Below the pieces are notes generated by a model that saw only the letters and a list, made by a program, of their open reading frames with translations, was not told the DNA's origin and made no database searches. Made by a program: the position numbers and the translations under genes. DNA of 64,000 nt from an uncultured delta proteobacterium (lineage in GTDB: Bacteria > Desulfobacterota > Binatia > Binatales > Binataceae), in assembly GCA_963711565.1 (NCBI GenBank), contig CAVQEQ010000003.1, forward strand, positions 608,001 to 672,000. The letters run 5' to 3'. Within the stretch, counting starts at the first letter, position 1. Each line of letters starts with the position of its first letter. Positions 47,852 to 58,558 of this stretch are shown one piece after another.

Positions 47852-48614
47852 TTTCCAGTTCGCTTAAAATTTCCGGTCCGTTGGAGGTAATTGCGATGGA
47901 ATGCTCGAAGTGGGCAGATAGTTTACCGTCCGCCGTCACCGCAGTCCAGCCATCGGAAAGTATCTCCAAATCGGGGGTTCCCTCGTTTACCATCGGCTCG
48001 ATCGCCAGCGCCATCCCCTCGCGCAGGCGCGGATTAGGCATCCCAGGGCGGAAATAGTTCGGCACCTGCGGGTCTTCATGAAGCCGGCGGCCGATTCCGT
48101 GTCCGGCAAAGTCGGTGACCACGGAGAAACCCGCGCGCTCGACGGTTTCCTGCACCGCGCGCGCGATATCGCTGATGCGATTGCCCGCGCGAGCCTGCGC
48201 GATTCCCGCGTAGAGGGATTCGCGGGTCACATTCAGCAGCTTCGTCACCCGCTCCGGCACCGGGCCGACCGCGACGGTGCGAGCCGAGTCGCCGTAGAAG
48301 CCCTCGTACACCACGCCGAAATCGAGGCCGACGATGTCGCCGGCCTTCAATTTGCGGCTGGACGGGATGCCATGAACTATTTCGTTGTTAATCGACACGC
48401 ATAGACACTTTGGATAGACGACGTCGCCCGGCTTGTAGCCCTTGAAGGCGGGCTTCGCGCCTTTCTTGTAGGTCAGGTCTTCGGCCAGCTGGTCGAGCTC
48501 CTCGGTGGTGATGCCGGGACGCACTGCGGCGACCAGAGCCGCGAGGATCTCGGCCACGATCTGACTCGCCTTGCGCATCACGGCGATCTCGGCCGGAGTT
48601 TTAATAGTAATCAT
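47844..48614 (-). CDS. map: Methionine aminopeptidase type I
   Basis: VHGIP, GDSART, GHGIG, HEDP, AIEPM, SAHFEH. Confidence 0.97.
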   Translation of the reverse strand: MITIKTPAEIAVMRKASQIVAEILAALVAAVRPGITTEELDQLAEDLTYKKGAKPAFKGYKPGDVVYPKCLCVSINNEIVHGIPSSRKLKAGDIVGLDFGVVYEGFYGDSARTVAVGPVPERVTKLLNVTRESLYAGIAQARAGNRISDIARAVQETVERAGFSVVTDFAGHGIGRRLHEDPQVPNYFRPGMPNPRLREGMALAIEPMVNEGTPDLEILSDGWTAVTADGKLSAHFEHSIAITSNGPEILSELENV

Positions 48615-48703
48615 TTTTTTCAGTATTAAGGCTTTTTAAGTATTAAGGCCGCGCTCCGTTGTCGCGCGCGGATGGTACATTGATCTCGCGGTTCCATGCT
48701 TTA

Positions 48704-48744
48704 GGAACCTAACCCCTAACCCCTTCCCGCGCGGGAAGGGGAAC
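48704..48744 (+). repeat. REP-like palindromic element (adk-map spacer)
   Basis: GGAACCTAACCCCTAA-CCCCTTCCC-GCGC-GGGAAGGGG-AAC; same family and orientation as 47582-47623. Confidence 0.75.
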
Positions 48745-48785
48745 CGGATAAAAGAAAGATTCAGAAATCTTGTCGTTATGGTTAA

Positions 48786-49448
48786 TCACTTGGGGGGCAC
48801 CGCGACGCCGTTGACGGCGGTTAGGATTCGCTTTTCTACTTCGTCGGTGCGGCCGACTCCGTTTACCTGCGCGAGCAGGCCGAGCCGGTCGTAGTGAGCG
48901 AGCAGCGGGCGCGTCGTTTCGGCAAAAACCTTGAGCCGTTCGCGCACGGTTTCCTCGGCATCGTCCTCGCGCTGATAGAGTTCGCCGCCGCATTTATCGC
49001 ATACGCCGGGTTTGGCGGGTGGCTCGAACATCACGTGATACATCGCGTTGCAATTCCTGCAGGTGCGGCGTCCTGAAATCCGCTTGACGATCTCTTCGTC
49101 GGGCACAATCACCGCGACGACCTTGTCGAGTTTCAGCTTGTAGCGTTCGAGCCCTTTGGCCAGCGCTTCGGCCTGCGTGACGTTGCGCGGGAATCCGTCG
49201 AGGATGAATCCGGGACGGGCGTCTTCCTTGCGCAGGCGCGCATCGACCAGTTTCAAGACCAGATCGTCGGGCACCAACTGGCCGCGATCCATGTAGCTGG
49301 CGGCCTCGCGGCCCAGATCCGAGTCCTCGCGAACGACTGCACGGAGCAAGTCGCCGCTGGCAACTTGCGGGATACCCCAGAGCGCGCCCAATGCGCGCGC
49401 CTGTGTACCCTTGCCCGCACCCGGCGGGCCCAACAGCACCAGCCGCAC
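48786..49448 (-). CDS. adk: Adenylate kinase (Zn-LID type)
   Basis: GPPGAGKGTQA, GFILDGFPR, CRNC...CDKC. Confidence 0.97.
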   Translation of the reverse strand: MRLVLLGPPGAGKGTQARALGALWGIPQVASGDLLRAVVREDSDLGREAASYMDRGQLVPDDLVLKLVDARLRKEDARPGFILDGFPRNVTQAEALAKGLERYKLKLDKVVAVIVPDEEIVKRISGRRTCRNCNAMYHVMFEPPAKPGVCDKCGGELYQREDDAEETVRERLKVFAETTRPLLAHYDRLGLLAQVNGVGRTDEVEKRILTAVNGVAVPPK

Positions 49449-49451
49449 CTG

Positions 49452-50759
49452 CTAGGCGCCCCTCTTGGTCTTAACGCGACCGCGGCGCATAAAGCCTTCG
49501 TAGTTGCGGGTCAGCAGATGGGTTTCGATTTGCGCGACCGTGTCGATCGCGACGCCGACGACGATCAGCAGCGCGGTGCCGCCGAAGAAAAACGGCACGT
49601 TGAAGCGCGCGATCAGGATGGTCGGCAGGACGCATACAGCGCTGACGTAAACCGCGCCGCCGAGCGTGATGCGGGAGAGCACGCGATCGATATAGTCGGC
49701 GGTGAAACGGCCGGGCCGGATACCCGGGATGAAGCCGCCGTACTTTTTCAGATTGTCGGCGACGTCCACGGGATTAAATGTGACCGAGGTGTAGAAGTAA
49801 CAGAAGAAGAAAATGAGCGCGACGTAAACCAGGTCGTAGTAGATGCCGCCGGGCGTCAGGTAGCTCGAATACGGTTTCAGAAACGGCACGAAGGTCGCCA
49901 GCGTCGCCGGGAAGACCAATAGCGCGGAGGCGAAAATCGGCGGAATAACGCCCGAGGTGTTTATCTTCAACGGCAGATGCGAACTCTGACCGCCGTAAAC
50001 GCGGCGGCCGACGACGCGGCGCGCATACTGGATCGGGATGCGGCGCTGGGCGGTCTCGATATAGACGATGCCGGCGATCACGGCGGCCGCGATCGCGAGA
50101 ATGAAGATGAGCAGGAAAATGCTCATCTCGCCCTCGCGCACGAATTGCGCGGTGGTGCCGATGGCGCTCGGCAGGCGCGCGACGATTCCCGCCATGATGA
50201 TCAGCGAAATGCCGTTGCCTATTCCGCGCTCGGTGATCTGTTCGCCGATCCACATCAGGAACATCGTGCCCGCAGTGACGGTGAGCACCGTCATCGCGAT
50301 GAAGCCCGGGCCGGGATTGTAAACGATGCTGCCGCCGCCGGGCGCCTGAATCTTTTCGAGCGAGAACGCGATCATCGTGCCCTGGAACAGCGCCAACAGC
50401 ACGGTACCGTAGCGGGTGTACTGGGTAATCTTGCGGCGACCGGCCTCGCCTTCTTTATATAGTTCGTCGAGATATGGCGACGCGATTTTCAGCAGGTCGA
50501 GGACGATGGCGACCGAGATGTACGGCATGATGCCGAGCGCGAGGACCGAGAAGCGCTCGAGCGCGCCGCCGGAAAACAGATTGACCCAGCCGAACAGCGT
50601 GCCACTGGCGGCGTCGAAGAACGAGGCGAGCGCCTGGCCGTCGATGCCGGGGGTCGGCACGGCGACGCCGATGCGGTAAACGGCCAGCATGAGGGCCGTG
50701 AAGACCAGCCGTCGGCGCAACTCGGGGATGCGCGAGGCGTTTGAAAACCCTTCAAGCAT
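49452..50759 (-). CDS. secY: Preprotein translocase subunit SecY
   Basis: LGIMPYIS, ITERGIGNGIS, GVIPPIFA, IPGIRPG, GGTALLIVV. Confidence 0.97.
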   Translation of the reverse strand: MLEGFSNASRIPELRRRLVFTALMLAVYRIGVAVPTPGIDGQALASFFDAASGTLFGWVNLFSGGALERFSVLALGIMPYISVAIVLDLLKIASPYLDELYKEGEAGRRKITQYTRYGTVLLALFQGTMIAFSLEKIQAPGGGSIVYNPGPGFIAMTVLTVTAGTMFLMWIGEQITERGIGNGISLIIMAGIVARLPSAIGTTAQFVREGEMSIFLLIFILAIAAAVIAGIVYIETAQRRIPIQYARRVVGRRVYGGQSSHLPLKINTSGVIPPIFASALLVFPATLATFVPFLKPYSSYLTPGGIYYDLVYVALIFFFCYFYTSVTFNPVDVADNLKKYGGFIPGIRPGRFTADYIDRVLSRITLGGAVYVSAVCVLPTILIARFNVPFFFGGTALLIVVGVAIDTVAQIETHLLTRNYEGFMRRGRVKTKRGA

Positions 50760-51227
50760 CTAGCTTCCGGCGGACTTTACCAACTCCGCGAAGCCGCCCG
50801 CGGCGGCGATTTTGTCCAGCGCGCTTTTCGAGAACGCGTCGGCGCGCACTTTAATCTTGCCCTTCAGATCGCCGTCACCCAAGACTTTCACCTTGCGTCC
50901 CGCCGGGATCAAGCCGCGCGCGACCAGCGCGGCGGCGTCGATGGTTACATCCGCGCCGAAGTCGCCGAGCCGCGACAGATTCACAATCGCGAATTCGTCG
51001 CGACGCGCCTGGTTCTTCAGCGTGCGACGAAATCCCTGTTTAGGCAAGCGCCGCTGCAAGGGCATCTGGCCACCCTCGTAGCTCGGAGGCGTGTTGCCAT
51101 GCGAGCGCGCGCCCAATCCCTTGTGTCCGCGGCCGGAGGTCTTGCCGTGGCCCGAGCCGATGCCACGTCCGACGCGGCGTTTGCGATGGGTCGAGCCGGG
51201 CGACGGTTTCAAATCCTTGAGGTCCAT
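50760..51227 (-). CDS. rplO: 50S ribosomal protein L15
   Basis: RVGRGIGSGHGKTSGRGHKG, EGGQMPL. Confidence 0.97.
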   Translation of the reverse strand: MDLKDLKPSPGSTHRKRRVGRGIGSGHGKTSGRGHKGLGARSHGNTPPSYEGGQMPLQRRLPKQGFRRTLKNQARRDEFAIVNLSRLGDFGADVTIDAAALVARGLIPAGRKVKVLGDGDLKGKIKVRADAFSKSALDKIAAAGGFAELVKSAGS

Positions 51228-51235
51228 GAGTACAA

Positions 51236-51418
51236 CTAATCCTTGAGCTCGATGACGAGGTGCTTCAGGCGTTTGACCATCCCTTCGACCGCGGCGCTGC
51301 GCTTGAGCTCGCGCACGCTGCCGACTTTGCCCAAGCCGAGGCCCTTGACGGTCGCGCGCACGCGGCGATTGGTGCTGATCGGGCTGCCGACGAGCTTGAC
51401 GCGAATTTTATCCGACAT
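51236..51418 (-). CDS. rpmD: 50S ribosomal protein L30
   Basis: IRVKLVGSPI...TVKGLGL...GMV; position between rpsE and rplO. Confidence 0.93.
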   Translation of the reverse strand: MSDKIRVKLVGSPISTNRRVRATVKGLGLGKVGSVRELKRSAAVEGMVKRLKHLVIELKD

Positions 51419-51436
51419 CGTATTCCAAAGCCTCGA

Positions 51437-51982
51437 TCACGCGGCCGCTTCGGGCTGATTCGGCGTGCGTCCGCGGAGACGATTGATATCCTGGGTGCTG
51501 CGGAGCTCGGCCAGCGCCTCGAGCGTCGCCTTGACCAGGTTGTGCGGATTCGACGAGCCGAGCCGCTTGGTCAGGATGTTGCGGATGCCCGCGAGCTCGA
51601 CCACCGCGCGCACACCGCCCGCCGCGATGACGCCGGTGCCCTCGGCAGCCGGCCGCAGCACGACGCGTCCCGCGCCGAAACGTCCGACGACTTCGTGCGG
51701 GATGGTGCCGTCCTGAATCGGCACGCGGACGAGACTCTTCTTGGCGCGATCGACGCCCTTGCGAATCGCCTCGGGCACTTCGTTGGCCTTGCCGAGACCG
51801 AAGCCGACGAGGCCGTTGTGATCGCCGGCGACCACCAGCGCGCTGAAGCTGAAGCGGCGTCCGCCCTTGACGACTTTCGCGACGCGGTTGATATGCACGA
51901 CCTTCTCTTTGATCTCGAGGCCCTGCGGATCGATGCGCTGCGTGACCGTACCTTCGCGTAATGTGCGTTGCCTGCCGTTCAA
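51437..51982 (-). CDS. rpsE: 30S ribosomal protein S5
   Basis: [34 protein letters not shown]; nearest standard start is TTG 51982 overlapping the rplR stop. Confidence 0.94.
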   Translation of the reverse strand: MNGRQRTLREGTVTQRIDPQGLEIKEKVVHINRVAKVVKGGRRFSFSALVVAGDHNGLVGFGLGKANEVPEAIRKGVDRAKKSLVRVPIQDGTIPHEVVGRFGAGRVVLRPAAEGTGVIAAGGVRAVVELAGIRNILTKRLGSSNPHNLVKATLEALAELRSTQDINRLRGRTPNQPEAAA

Positions 51983-52341
51983 AATTTTAACCCCGCTTCG
52001 CGCGCCGCGTCGGCCAGCGCCTTGACGCGGCCGTGATAGAGAAACCCGTTTCGATCGAAGACGACGTTGGAGATTCCGCTCTGAAGGCATCGCTCGGCGA
52101 TGGCCTTGCCGACCGCTTTGGCGGCGGCGAGATTGCGCTTGCTCTTGAGTTCGTCGCGCAGGCCGGCCGTTTCGGTGGAGGCAGACGCGAGCGTGCGTCC
52201 GCTCTCGTCGGAAATCACCTGCACGTAGATATGATGCAGCGAGCGGAACACGGAGAGGCGCGGACGGGTGTCGTTGCCGACGGCCTTGCGCCGGACGCGT
52301 CCTTGGCGAAATTTACGTTTTTCGGATCGTTCTAGAGCCAT
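51979..52341 (-). CDS. rplR: 50S ribosomal protein L18
   Basis: [23 protein letters not shown]. Confidence 0.97.
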   Translation of the reverse strand: MALERSEKRKFRQGRVRRKAVGNDTRPRLSVFRSLHHIYVQVISDESGRTLASASTETAGLRDELKSKRNLAAAKAVGKAIAERCLQSGISNVVFDRNGFLYHGRVKALADAAREAGLKF

Positions 52342-52373
52342 AATCGCAACTAACCTTATTGTGCCGAGCCTTA

Positions 52374-52925
52374 TTACGCCGAGGTCGATCCCGCGGCGGC
52401 TTTGCCGGCCTTGCGGCGAATCGTCTCGGTCGCGTACTTGATGCCCTTGCCCTTGTACGGCTCGGGCGGCCGCAGCTCGCGAATCTGCGCGGCGACGGTG
52501 CCGAGCAACTGGCGGTCGGCGCTCTCGAGCGTCACGGTCACCTGCTTCTCGACCTTCGCGGTGACGCCCGGCGGAAGCTGATAAACGATCGGATGCGAAT
52601 AGCCGAGGGTCAGATTCACCTGCTGGCCCTTGGCCTCGGCGCGGTAGCCGACGCCGTTAATCTCGAGCACGCGGCTGAAGCCCTTGCCGACGCCTTCGAC
52701 CATGTTGGCGACCAGCTTGCGCATGAGTCCGTGAATCGAGCGCTCTTCGCTGGTATCGCCGGGGCGCTTGACGAGGATTTCCGAATCCTTGATCTCGACG
52801 GTGTAGCCGGGATGAAGCTTGAGCTCTAGCTTGCCCTTGGGGCCTTCGACTTTGAGCGTGCCGCCGGCGACGGACGCTTTGACGCTCTTGTCGAGATGAA
52901 TCGGGAGTCTTCCTATCCGCGACAT
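52374..52925 (-). CDS. rplF: 50S ribosomal protein L6
   Basis: [23 protein letters not shown]. Confidence 0.97.
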   Translation of the reverse strand: MSRIGRLPIHLDKSVKASVAGGTLKVEGPKGKLELKLHPGYTVEIKDSEILVKRPGDTSEERSIHGLMRKLVANMVEGVGKGFSRVLEINGVGYRAEAKGQQVNLTLGYSHPIVYQLPPGVTAKVEKQVTVTLESADRQLLGTVAAQIRELRPPEPYKGKGIKYATETIRRKAGKAAAGSTSA

Positions 52926-52931
52926 AGTTGC

Positions 52932-53330
52932 TTACCAAACCCTGCAGAGAATTTCGCCGCCGACTTTTCTGCGCCGCGCCTCGCGACCGGTCATCACGCC
53001 GAGCGGAGTGGAGACGATTTGCACACCCATCGCGCCGCGCACCTTGCCAATTTCCGCTGCGCCGGCGTAGCGGCGATTGCTCGGCTTGCTGATGCGGTCG
53101 ATGCCGCGAATGACGGACTCGCGCGTCGGCGAGTAACGCAGCTTGAGCGCGAGCATCTTCTTGGGCGCCTCGCCGCCGACTTCGACGCCACTGAGGAAAC
53201 CCTCGGCCATCAGCACGCGGCAAATCGCCTCGCGCAGCCGTGAATGGGGCAGCGTGAGTTCATTGTAGCGCGCGCGCATCGCGTTGCGGATTCGCGTGAG
53301 CAGTTCTGCGATCGGATCGGTCTGCGACAT
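52932..53330 (-). CDS. rpsH: 30S ribosomal protein S8
   Basis: MSQTDPIAELLTRIRNA, RISKP, STPLGVMT, GGEILC. Confidence 0.96.
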   Translation of the reverse strand: MSQTDPIAELLTRIRNAMRARYNELTLPHSRLREAICRVLMAEGFLSGVEVGGEAPKKMLALKLRYSPTRESVIRGIDRISKPSNRRYAGAAEIGKVRGAMGVQIVSTPLGVMTGREARRRKVGGEILCRVW

Positions 53331-53341
53331 AATTGGTCTCT

Positions 53342-53527
53342 CTACCAGCTGGCCTTGATCACGCCCGGCAACTTGCCGTCGAGTGCGTACTTGCGCAGGC
53401 ATAGCCTGCACATCTTGAAACGCCGATAGTACGCGCGCGCGCGGCCGCATAGCGGGCAGCGGTTGTACTGGCGCACTTTGAATTTTTGTTTGCGAGTCGC
53501 CTTGACCCGCAGGCACGTTTTCGCCAT
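53342..53527 (-). CDS. rpsN: 30S ribosomal protein S14 type Z (Zn-binding)
   Basis: NRCPLCGR...CRLCLR...LPGVIKASW. Confidence 0.96.
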   Translation of the reverse strand: MAKTCLRVKATRKQKFKVRQYNRCPLCGRARAYYRRFKMCRLCLRKYALDGKLPGVIKASW

Positions 53528-53537
53528 TCGACTGTCC

Positions 53538-54377
53538 TTATGCTCCCTGCGCCGGCGTCGGCGGCGGTGTTGCCGCGGCGGCGACCGCGGCCCTCGCGGC
53601 GGCATGAGCCTGTGCGGCTGCTGCCGCCTTGGCCGCATCGGCTTCGCGCTCGGCTGCGCCGCGCATCGGCATCCCGAGCGCGCGCAGCAGCGTCAGACCC
53701 TCGAAGTCGCTGCGCGCCGTGGTCGTGATCGAAATGGTCAAGCCCTTCACCTTCTCGACCTTGTCGAGGTTGAGTTCGGGGAAAATTGTGTGTTCCTTCA
53801 GGCCGAGCGAGTAGTTGCCGCGGCCGTCGAAAGCTTTGTCGCTGACGCCGCGGAAGTCGCGCACGCGCGGCAGCGAGATATTCACCAGGCGATCGAAGAA
53901 CTCCCACATCTTTTCGCGGCGCAGCGTGACCATCACGCCAATCGGCATGCCCTGGCGCAGCTTGAAATTCGATATCGCCTTGCGCGCGCGCGTCAGCACG
54001 GGCTTTTGCCCGGCGATCACCTTGAGCTCTTCGAGGGCGGAGTCGAGGATCTTGACGTTGTCGCGCGCTTCCTGCAGCGCCATGTTGATCGTGATCTTCT
54101 CAAGGCGCGGCACCCGCATCTTGTTGTCGATTTTGAGCTCGCGCATCAGGGCCGGCGCGATTTCGTTCTCGAAGCGCACGCGCAGGCGTGCGGGCAGCTT
54201 GGGCTCGGGCGGCAGCGGCGCCGCGGCGGAAGCTTTCGCCTCTTCGGCAGCCTGCTTCTGCTGAGCCTGGCGTGCCTTGCCTTCGCGCTTGGCCTTGGCC
54301 GCGGCGTCGGACTTGGCGGTCTGCTCGGCTTTGGCCGCCTGCTCGGCCTTGTCCGGCTTTTCTTTTTTGTCGGCCAT
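53538..54377 (-). CDS. rplE: 50S ribosomal protein L5 with Ala/Lys-rich N- and C-terminal extensions
   Basis: [32 protein letters not shown]. Confidence 0.96.
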   Translation of the reverse strand: MADKKEKPDKAEQAAKAEQTAKSDAAAKAKREGKARQAQQKQAAEEAKASAAAPLPPEPKLPARLRVRFENEIAPALMRELKIDNKMRVPRLEKITINMALQEARDNVKILDSALEELKVIAGQKPVLTRARKAISNFKLRQGMPIGVMVTLRREKMWEFFDRLVNISLPRVRDFRGVSDKAFDGRGNYSLGLKEHTIFPELNLDKVEKVKGLTISITTTARSDFEGLTLLRALGMPMRGAAEREADAAKAAAAAQAHAAARAAVAAAATPPPTPAQGA

Positions 54378-54715
54378 TAGTCGTTACCTATTGTTTCGCC
54401 GCATCGCCGGCAGACCCGGCTCCTGGCGCCGTCGTCGGCCACCTTGAGCCCGACCCGCACGGGGGCGTTGCAGCGATCGCAAAAAATCATGACGTTCGAG
54501 ATATTGATCGGCGCTTCCTTCTCGACGATTCCGCCCGGGCGCTGCGCACCGCTGCCCCCCGGCTTGGTGTGACGCTTGACGATGTTCAGCCGCTCGATCA
54601 CGACGCGTCCGCGCTCGGGCAGCACGCGCATCACCTTGCCGGTCTTGCCGCGGTCGCGCCCGGTCACGACCATCACGGTGTCGTTCTTCTTAATCTTATA
54701 TTTCGCCGACGCCAT
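54377..54715 (-). CDS. rplX: 50S ribosomal protein L24
   Basis: [31 protein letters not shown]; ATG 54715. Confidence 0.96.
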   Translation of the reverse strand: MASAKYKIKKNDTVMVVTGRDRGKTGKVMRVLPERGRVVIERLNIVKRHTKPGGSGAQRPGGIVEKEAPINISNVMIFCDRCNAPVRVGLKVADDGARSRVCRRCGETIGND

Positions 54716-55083
54716 CACAGCACCTCCGGCGCGAGCGAGATAATCTTCAAAAACTTTTTCGCACGCAGTTCGCGGGCCACGGGGCCGAAGATGCGCGTGC
54801 CGATCGGTTCGTGATCCTTGTCGAGCAGCACGGCGGAGTTGCCGTCGAAGCGGATATAGCTGCCGTCGTCGCGGCTGATCTCTTTGGCCGTACGCACGAT
54901 CACCGCGCGCGAGACGTCGCCTTTTTTGACCTTGGCGTTGGGAATCGCTTCTTTCACTGCGACCACGATCACATCTCCGACCGAGGCGTACCGGCGCTTG
55001 GAGCCGCCGAGCACCTTGATGCACATCACCTTGCGGGCACCCGAGTTATCGGCGACATCCAGAACTGTTTGCACCTGAACCAT
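54715..55083 (-). CDS. rplN: 50S ribosomal protein L14
   Basis: [27 protein letters not shown]; ATG 55083. Confidence 0.97.
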   Translation of the reverse strand: MVQVQTVLDVADNSGARKVMCIKVLGGSKRRYASVGDVIVVAVKEAIPNAKVKKGDVSRAVIVRTAKEISRDDGSYIRFDGNSAVLLDKDHEPIGTRIFGPVARELRAKKFLKIISLAPEVL

Positions 55084-55094
55084 TGTATCGCGCC

Positions 55095-55349
55095 CTACCC
55101 CGCGGCCTTTTTGAGAACGCGGCTGACGCGCCAGCGCTTGTTTTTCGACAGCGGACGCGACTCGATGATCTGCACGCGATCGCCTTCCTTGCATTCGCCG
55201 CGCTCGTCATGCGCCATGAACTTGGTGCTGCGGCGCACGCGCTTGCCGTAGAGCGCGTGCTCGACCATGCGATCGACCTTGACCACGACGGTCTTGGTCA
55301 TCTTGGCGGAGACCACGGTCCCCTCGCGCCGTTTGATTCGCTCCCGCAT
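55095..55349 (-). CDS. rpsQ: 30S ribosomal protein S17
   Basis: [25 protein letters not shown]. Confidence 0.97.
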   Translation of the reverse strand: MRERIKRREGTVVSAKMTKTVVVKVDRMVEHALYGKRVRRSTKFMAHDERGECKEGDRVQIIESRPLSKNKRWRVSRVLKKAAG

Positions 55350-55570
55350 TAACCTGCCTTCTTCTTCGTCGTCACAGTTTCGCCGCGCGCCTTTTCGCCG
55401 AGCAGCGTCATAATCAGGGCCAGCTCGCGACGCGCGCGGCGGTAGCCGGCGTGATTGTCGAGCTGATTGGTGCGCAGCTTCAGGCGCAGCCGGAAAATCT
55501 CCTCGCGCGCCTCGCGTTCTTTGACCCGCAAATCCGGCGCGGTCATCTGCCTTAGTTCGTCAAGCTCCAA
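55349..55570 (-). CDS. rpmC: 50S ribosomal protein L29
   Basis: ELRQM...EIFRLR...QL.N...RR; position between rplP and rpsQ; TTG start. Confidence 0.9.
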   Translation of the reverse strand: MELDELRQMTAPDLRVKEREAREEIFRLRLKLRTNQLDNHAGYRRARRELALIMTLLGEKARGETVTTKKKAG

Positions 55571-55985
55571 GGCCGCCCTCCTCGCGCTGGATCATAATTG
55601 TCTTGATCGGCAGCTTATGCGCCGCCAGCCGCATCGCTTCTTTCGCGGTGGCGTAATCGACGCCTTCCATCTCGAACAGAATCCGCCCCGGCCTGACGCA
55701 CGCGACCCATCCTTCGGGCGAGCCCTTGCCCTTGCCCATGCGGGTTTCAGCCGGCTTCTTGGTGAAGGGCTTGTCGGGAAACACGCGAATCCAGACGCGG
55801 CCGCCGCGCTTGATATGGCGGGTGAGCGCGATACGGGCGGCTTCCAGAGCGCGCGTGTCGATACGGCAAGTCTCGAGCGACTTGAGGCCGTAGTCGCCGA
55901 AGGCGAGCGTGAGTCCGCGCGACTCGGCGCCGCGGACGCGGCCCTTCATCATCTTGCGCCATTTAACTTTTTTTGGTGCGAGCAT
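55560..55985 (-). CDS. rplP: 50S ribosomal protein L16
   Basis: [22 protein letters not shown]. Confidence 0.97.
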   Translation of the reverse strand: MLAPKKVKWRKMMKGRVRGAESRGLTLAFGDYGLKSLETCRIDTRALEAARIALTRHIKRGGRVWIRVFPDKPFTKKPAETRMGKGKGSPEGWVACVRPGRILFEMEGVDYATAKEAMRLAAHKLPIKTIMIQREEGGLGA

Positions 55986-55994
55986 CTTACTTCG

Positions 55995-56672
55995 TCAATT
56001 CGCCTGCACAGGCGTTCCCGCGCGTTTCGCGTCCGCGTCTTTGCGCGTCAAAACTTCGCCGCGGAAAATCCAGACCTTCACGCCGATCTGGCCGTAGGTC
56101 GTGCGCGCTTCGGCAAATCCGTACGCCACATCGGCACGCAGCGTCTGCAGCGGCACGCGACCCTCGCGATACCATTCCTGGCGCGCGATTTCCGCGCCGC
56201 CGAGGCGTCCCGCGACATGGACCTTGACGCCCTGCGCACCCATCCGCATCGCGCGCGTGACCGCCTCTTTCATCGCACGGCGAAAGGCGACGCGACGCTC
56301 GAGTTGCAGCGCGATATTCTCGGCGACGAGTTGCGGATCGAGATCGGGGCGGCGCACCTCGTGGATATTGATAAAGGAGTCGCGCCCCTTCATCAGCTTC
56401 TGGATATCGAGCTTGAGCTTGTCGATTTCCGCGCCCTTCTTGCCGATCACGATTCCAGGACGCGCCGTGTAAATATTAATCTTGGCCTTGTTCGCCATCC
56501 GCTCGATTTCGATGCGCGAGATACCGGCGTGGTAGAGCCGCTTCTTGATGAACTCGCGCAGCTTCAAATCCTCGTGCAGCAACTTCGCGTAGTCGTGGCT
56601 CGCGTACCATCGCGAGTCCCAGCTCTCGATAATGCCGAGACGAAATCCGCGCGGATGTACTTTCTGTCCCAT
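55995..56672 (-). CDS. rpsC: 30S ribosomal protein S3
   Basis: [28 protein letters not shown]. Confidence 0.97.
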   Translation of the reverse strand: MGQKVHPRGFRLGIIESWDSRWYASHDYAKLLHEDLKLREFIKKRLYHAGISRIEIERMANKAKINIYTARPGIVIGKKGAEIDKLKLDIQKLMKGRDSFINIHEVRRPDLDPQLVAENIALQLERRVAFRRAMKEAVTRAMRMGAQGVKVHVAGRLGGAEIARQEWYREGRVPLQTLRADVAYGFAEARTTYGQIGVKVWIFRGEVLTRKDADAKRAGTPVQAN

Positions 56673-56679
56673 AGAGACC

Positions 56680-57018
56680 TCAGGACGCCCGCTCGTCCAC
56701 GATTACCGTGAGATGGCTGGTGCGTTTATGGATCGGCGTCTGATGCATGTGCGCGCGCTTGAGCGCGCGCTTCCAGGTCGGCCCGGTGTCGGCGGTCGCG
56801 CGTTTTACGAACAACTTGTCCTCGTCAACGTTCTGCTGGTCGCGGGCGTTGGCGATCGCGGCGAGCAGCGTTTTCGAGACGAAGCGCGCCGCCTTCTTGG
56901 GCGTGAACTCGAGAATCGACAGCGCCTGATCGACTTTCTTGCCGACGATCAGCTCGCATACAAGATGGAGCTTGCGCGGCGAAATTCTGATGAAGCGGGT
57001 TCGCGATACGGATTCCAT
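56680..57018 (-). CDS. rplV: 50S ribosomal protein L22
   Basis: [21 protein letters not shown]. Confidence 0.96.
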   Translation of the reverse strand: MESVSRTRFIRISPRKLHLVCELIVGKKVDQALSILEFTPKKAARFVSKTLLAAIANARDQQNVDEDKLFVKRATADTGPTWKRALKRAHMHQTPIHKRTSHLTVIVDERAS

Positions 57019-57038
57019 GACTCTTACAACTTCCCCGC

Positions 57039-57365
57039 TTACGCCTTCGCCGCGGCCGGAGCCGCCGGTGCGGCGGGCGCTGACGCTGCTTTCACTTCGC
57101 CCTTGCGGTCGCCGGCATGGCCGTGGAAGGTGCGCGTCGGCGCGAATTCGCCGAGCTTGTGGCCGACCATGTTCTCGGTGCAGTACACGGGGATGAACTT
57201 GTGGCCGTTGTGGACGGCGAAGGTCAGCGCGATCATGTCGGGCGTGATCATCGAGCGCCGCGACCAGGTCTTGATGATACGCTTGTCGCCAGAGGCGGTC
57301 GCAGCGCCGACTTTCTTCAGCAGATGCCCGTCCACGAACGGACCTTTTTTCAGTGACCTTGCCAT
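57039..57365 (-). CDS. rpsS: 30S ribosomal protein S19
   Basis: [32 protein letters not shown]; ATG 57365. Confidence 0.97.
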   Translation of the reverse strand: MARSLKKGPFVDGHLLKKVGAATASGDKRIIKTWSRRSMITPDMIALTFAVHNGHKFIPVYCTENMVGHKLGEFAPTRTFHGHAGDRKGEVKAASAPAAPAAPAAAKA

Positions 57366-57370
57366 AACGC

Positions 57371-58201
57371 TTAGTGTTTTCCCTTCGGGCGCCGACTGAC
57401 GATCAAATTGTCCGACGGCTGCTTCTTGCGCGTCTTGTATCCCTTGGCGGGCTGGCCCCACGGTGACTGGGGATGGTTTCCTTTCGACTTGCCCTCGCCA
57501 CCGCCGTGCGGATGGTCAACCGGGTTCATCGCGACTCCGCGCACGTGACCGCGCTTGCCGAGCCATCGCGAGCGCCCGGCCTTGCCGATCGAAATATTTT
57601 CATGATCGAGATTGCCGACCTGGCCGATAGTCGCGCGGCAATCTGCCTGCACCATCCGCTGCTCGCCCGAGGGCAGCTTGAGCAGAGCCATCTTGCCCTC
57701 TTTCGCCATCAACTGCGCCTGCACACCCGCGCCACGCGCGAGCTTGGCGCCGGCGCCCGGCTTCATCTCGATCGCATGCACGACGGTACCGAGCGGGATG
57801 TTCTTGAGCATCAGCGCGTTGCCGGGCTTGATGTCGGCGTTCGCACCAGACTCGACCTTGGCGCCGACCTTGAGCCCGTCGGGCGCGAGGATGTAAGTCT
57901 TCACGCCGTCGGCATAGTGCAGGAGCGCGATATTCGCCGAGCGATTCGGATCGTATTCCAGCGCGGCGACAACGGCCGGAATCCCGTCGCGGTTGCGCTT
58001 GAAATCGATCAGGCGGAGACGGCGTTTATGGCCGCCGCCGCGATGACGCGAGGTCATGCGTCCGCGATTATTGCGTCCGCCGGTGCGCTTGACCGGGACC
58101 AGCAGACTTTTCTCCGGCTCTTTCTTGGTGAGCTCGGAGAAATCCGCAATCTGCATGAAGCGCTGCCCAGGCGTGCGCGGATTTAGTTGTATAACTGCCA
58201 T
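57371..58201 (-). CDS. rplB: 50S ribosomal protein L2
   Basis: [25 protein letters not shown]. Confidence 0.97.
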   Translation of the reverse strand: MAVIQLNPRTPGQRFMQIADFSELTKKEPEKSLLVPVKRTGGRNNRGRMTSRHRGGGHKRRLRLIDFKRNRDGIPAVVAALEYDPNRSANIALLHYADGVKTYILAPDGLKVGAKVESGANADIKPGNALMLKNIPLGTVVHAIEMKPGAGAKLARGAGVQAQLMAKEGKMALLKLPSGEQRMVQADCRATIGQVGNLDHENISIGKAGRSRWLGKRGHVRGVAMNPVDHPHGGGEGKSKGNHPQSPWGQPAKGYKTRKKQPSDNLIVSRRPKGKH

Positions 58202-58267
58202 TTTTTTCAGTATCTCTTCCGTCTAGCTCCGAACTCTCGTCTCAATATCGTGCTCAGGCACGGTATC

Positions 58268-58558
58268 TTAGAGCCCTTCGAAGAACTCGATCTTGTCGCC
58301 TTCCTTCAGAGTTACGTAAGCCTTCTTCCAGTCCATCTGGCGGCCCTTGATTGCACCTTTTTTCCGTTCCTTGCCCATGAAGTTCGAGGTGCGAACTTTA
58401 ATCACGGTGACTTTGAACAGATGCTCGACGGCCTCGCGAATCTTGTCCTTGCTCGCGCCGGGACGCACGCGGAACAGCACCTGGCCGGCTTTTTCACTGG
58501 CCATCGTGCCCTTCTCCGTGATGATGGGGGCGAGAATCAGGCTCTCGGGACTACTCAT
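58268..58558 (-). CDS. rplW: 50S ribosomal protein L23
   Basis: PIITEK, IREAVE.LF.V, WKKAYVTL; ATG 58558. Confidence 0.96.
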   Translation of the reverse strand: MSSPESLILAPIITEKGTMASEKAGQVLFRVRPGASKDKIREAVEHLFKVTVIKVRTSNFMGKERKKGAIKGRQMDWKKAYVTLKEGDKIEFFEGL

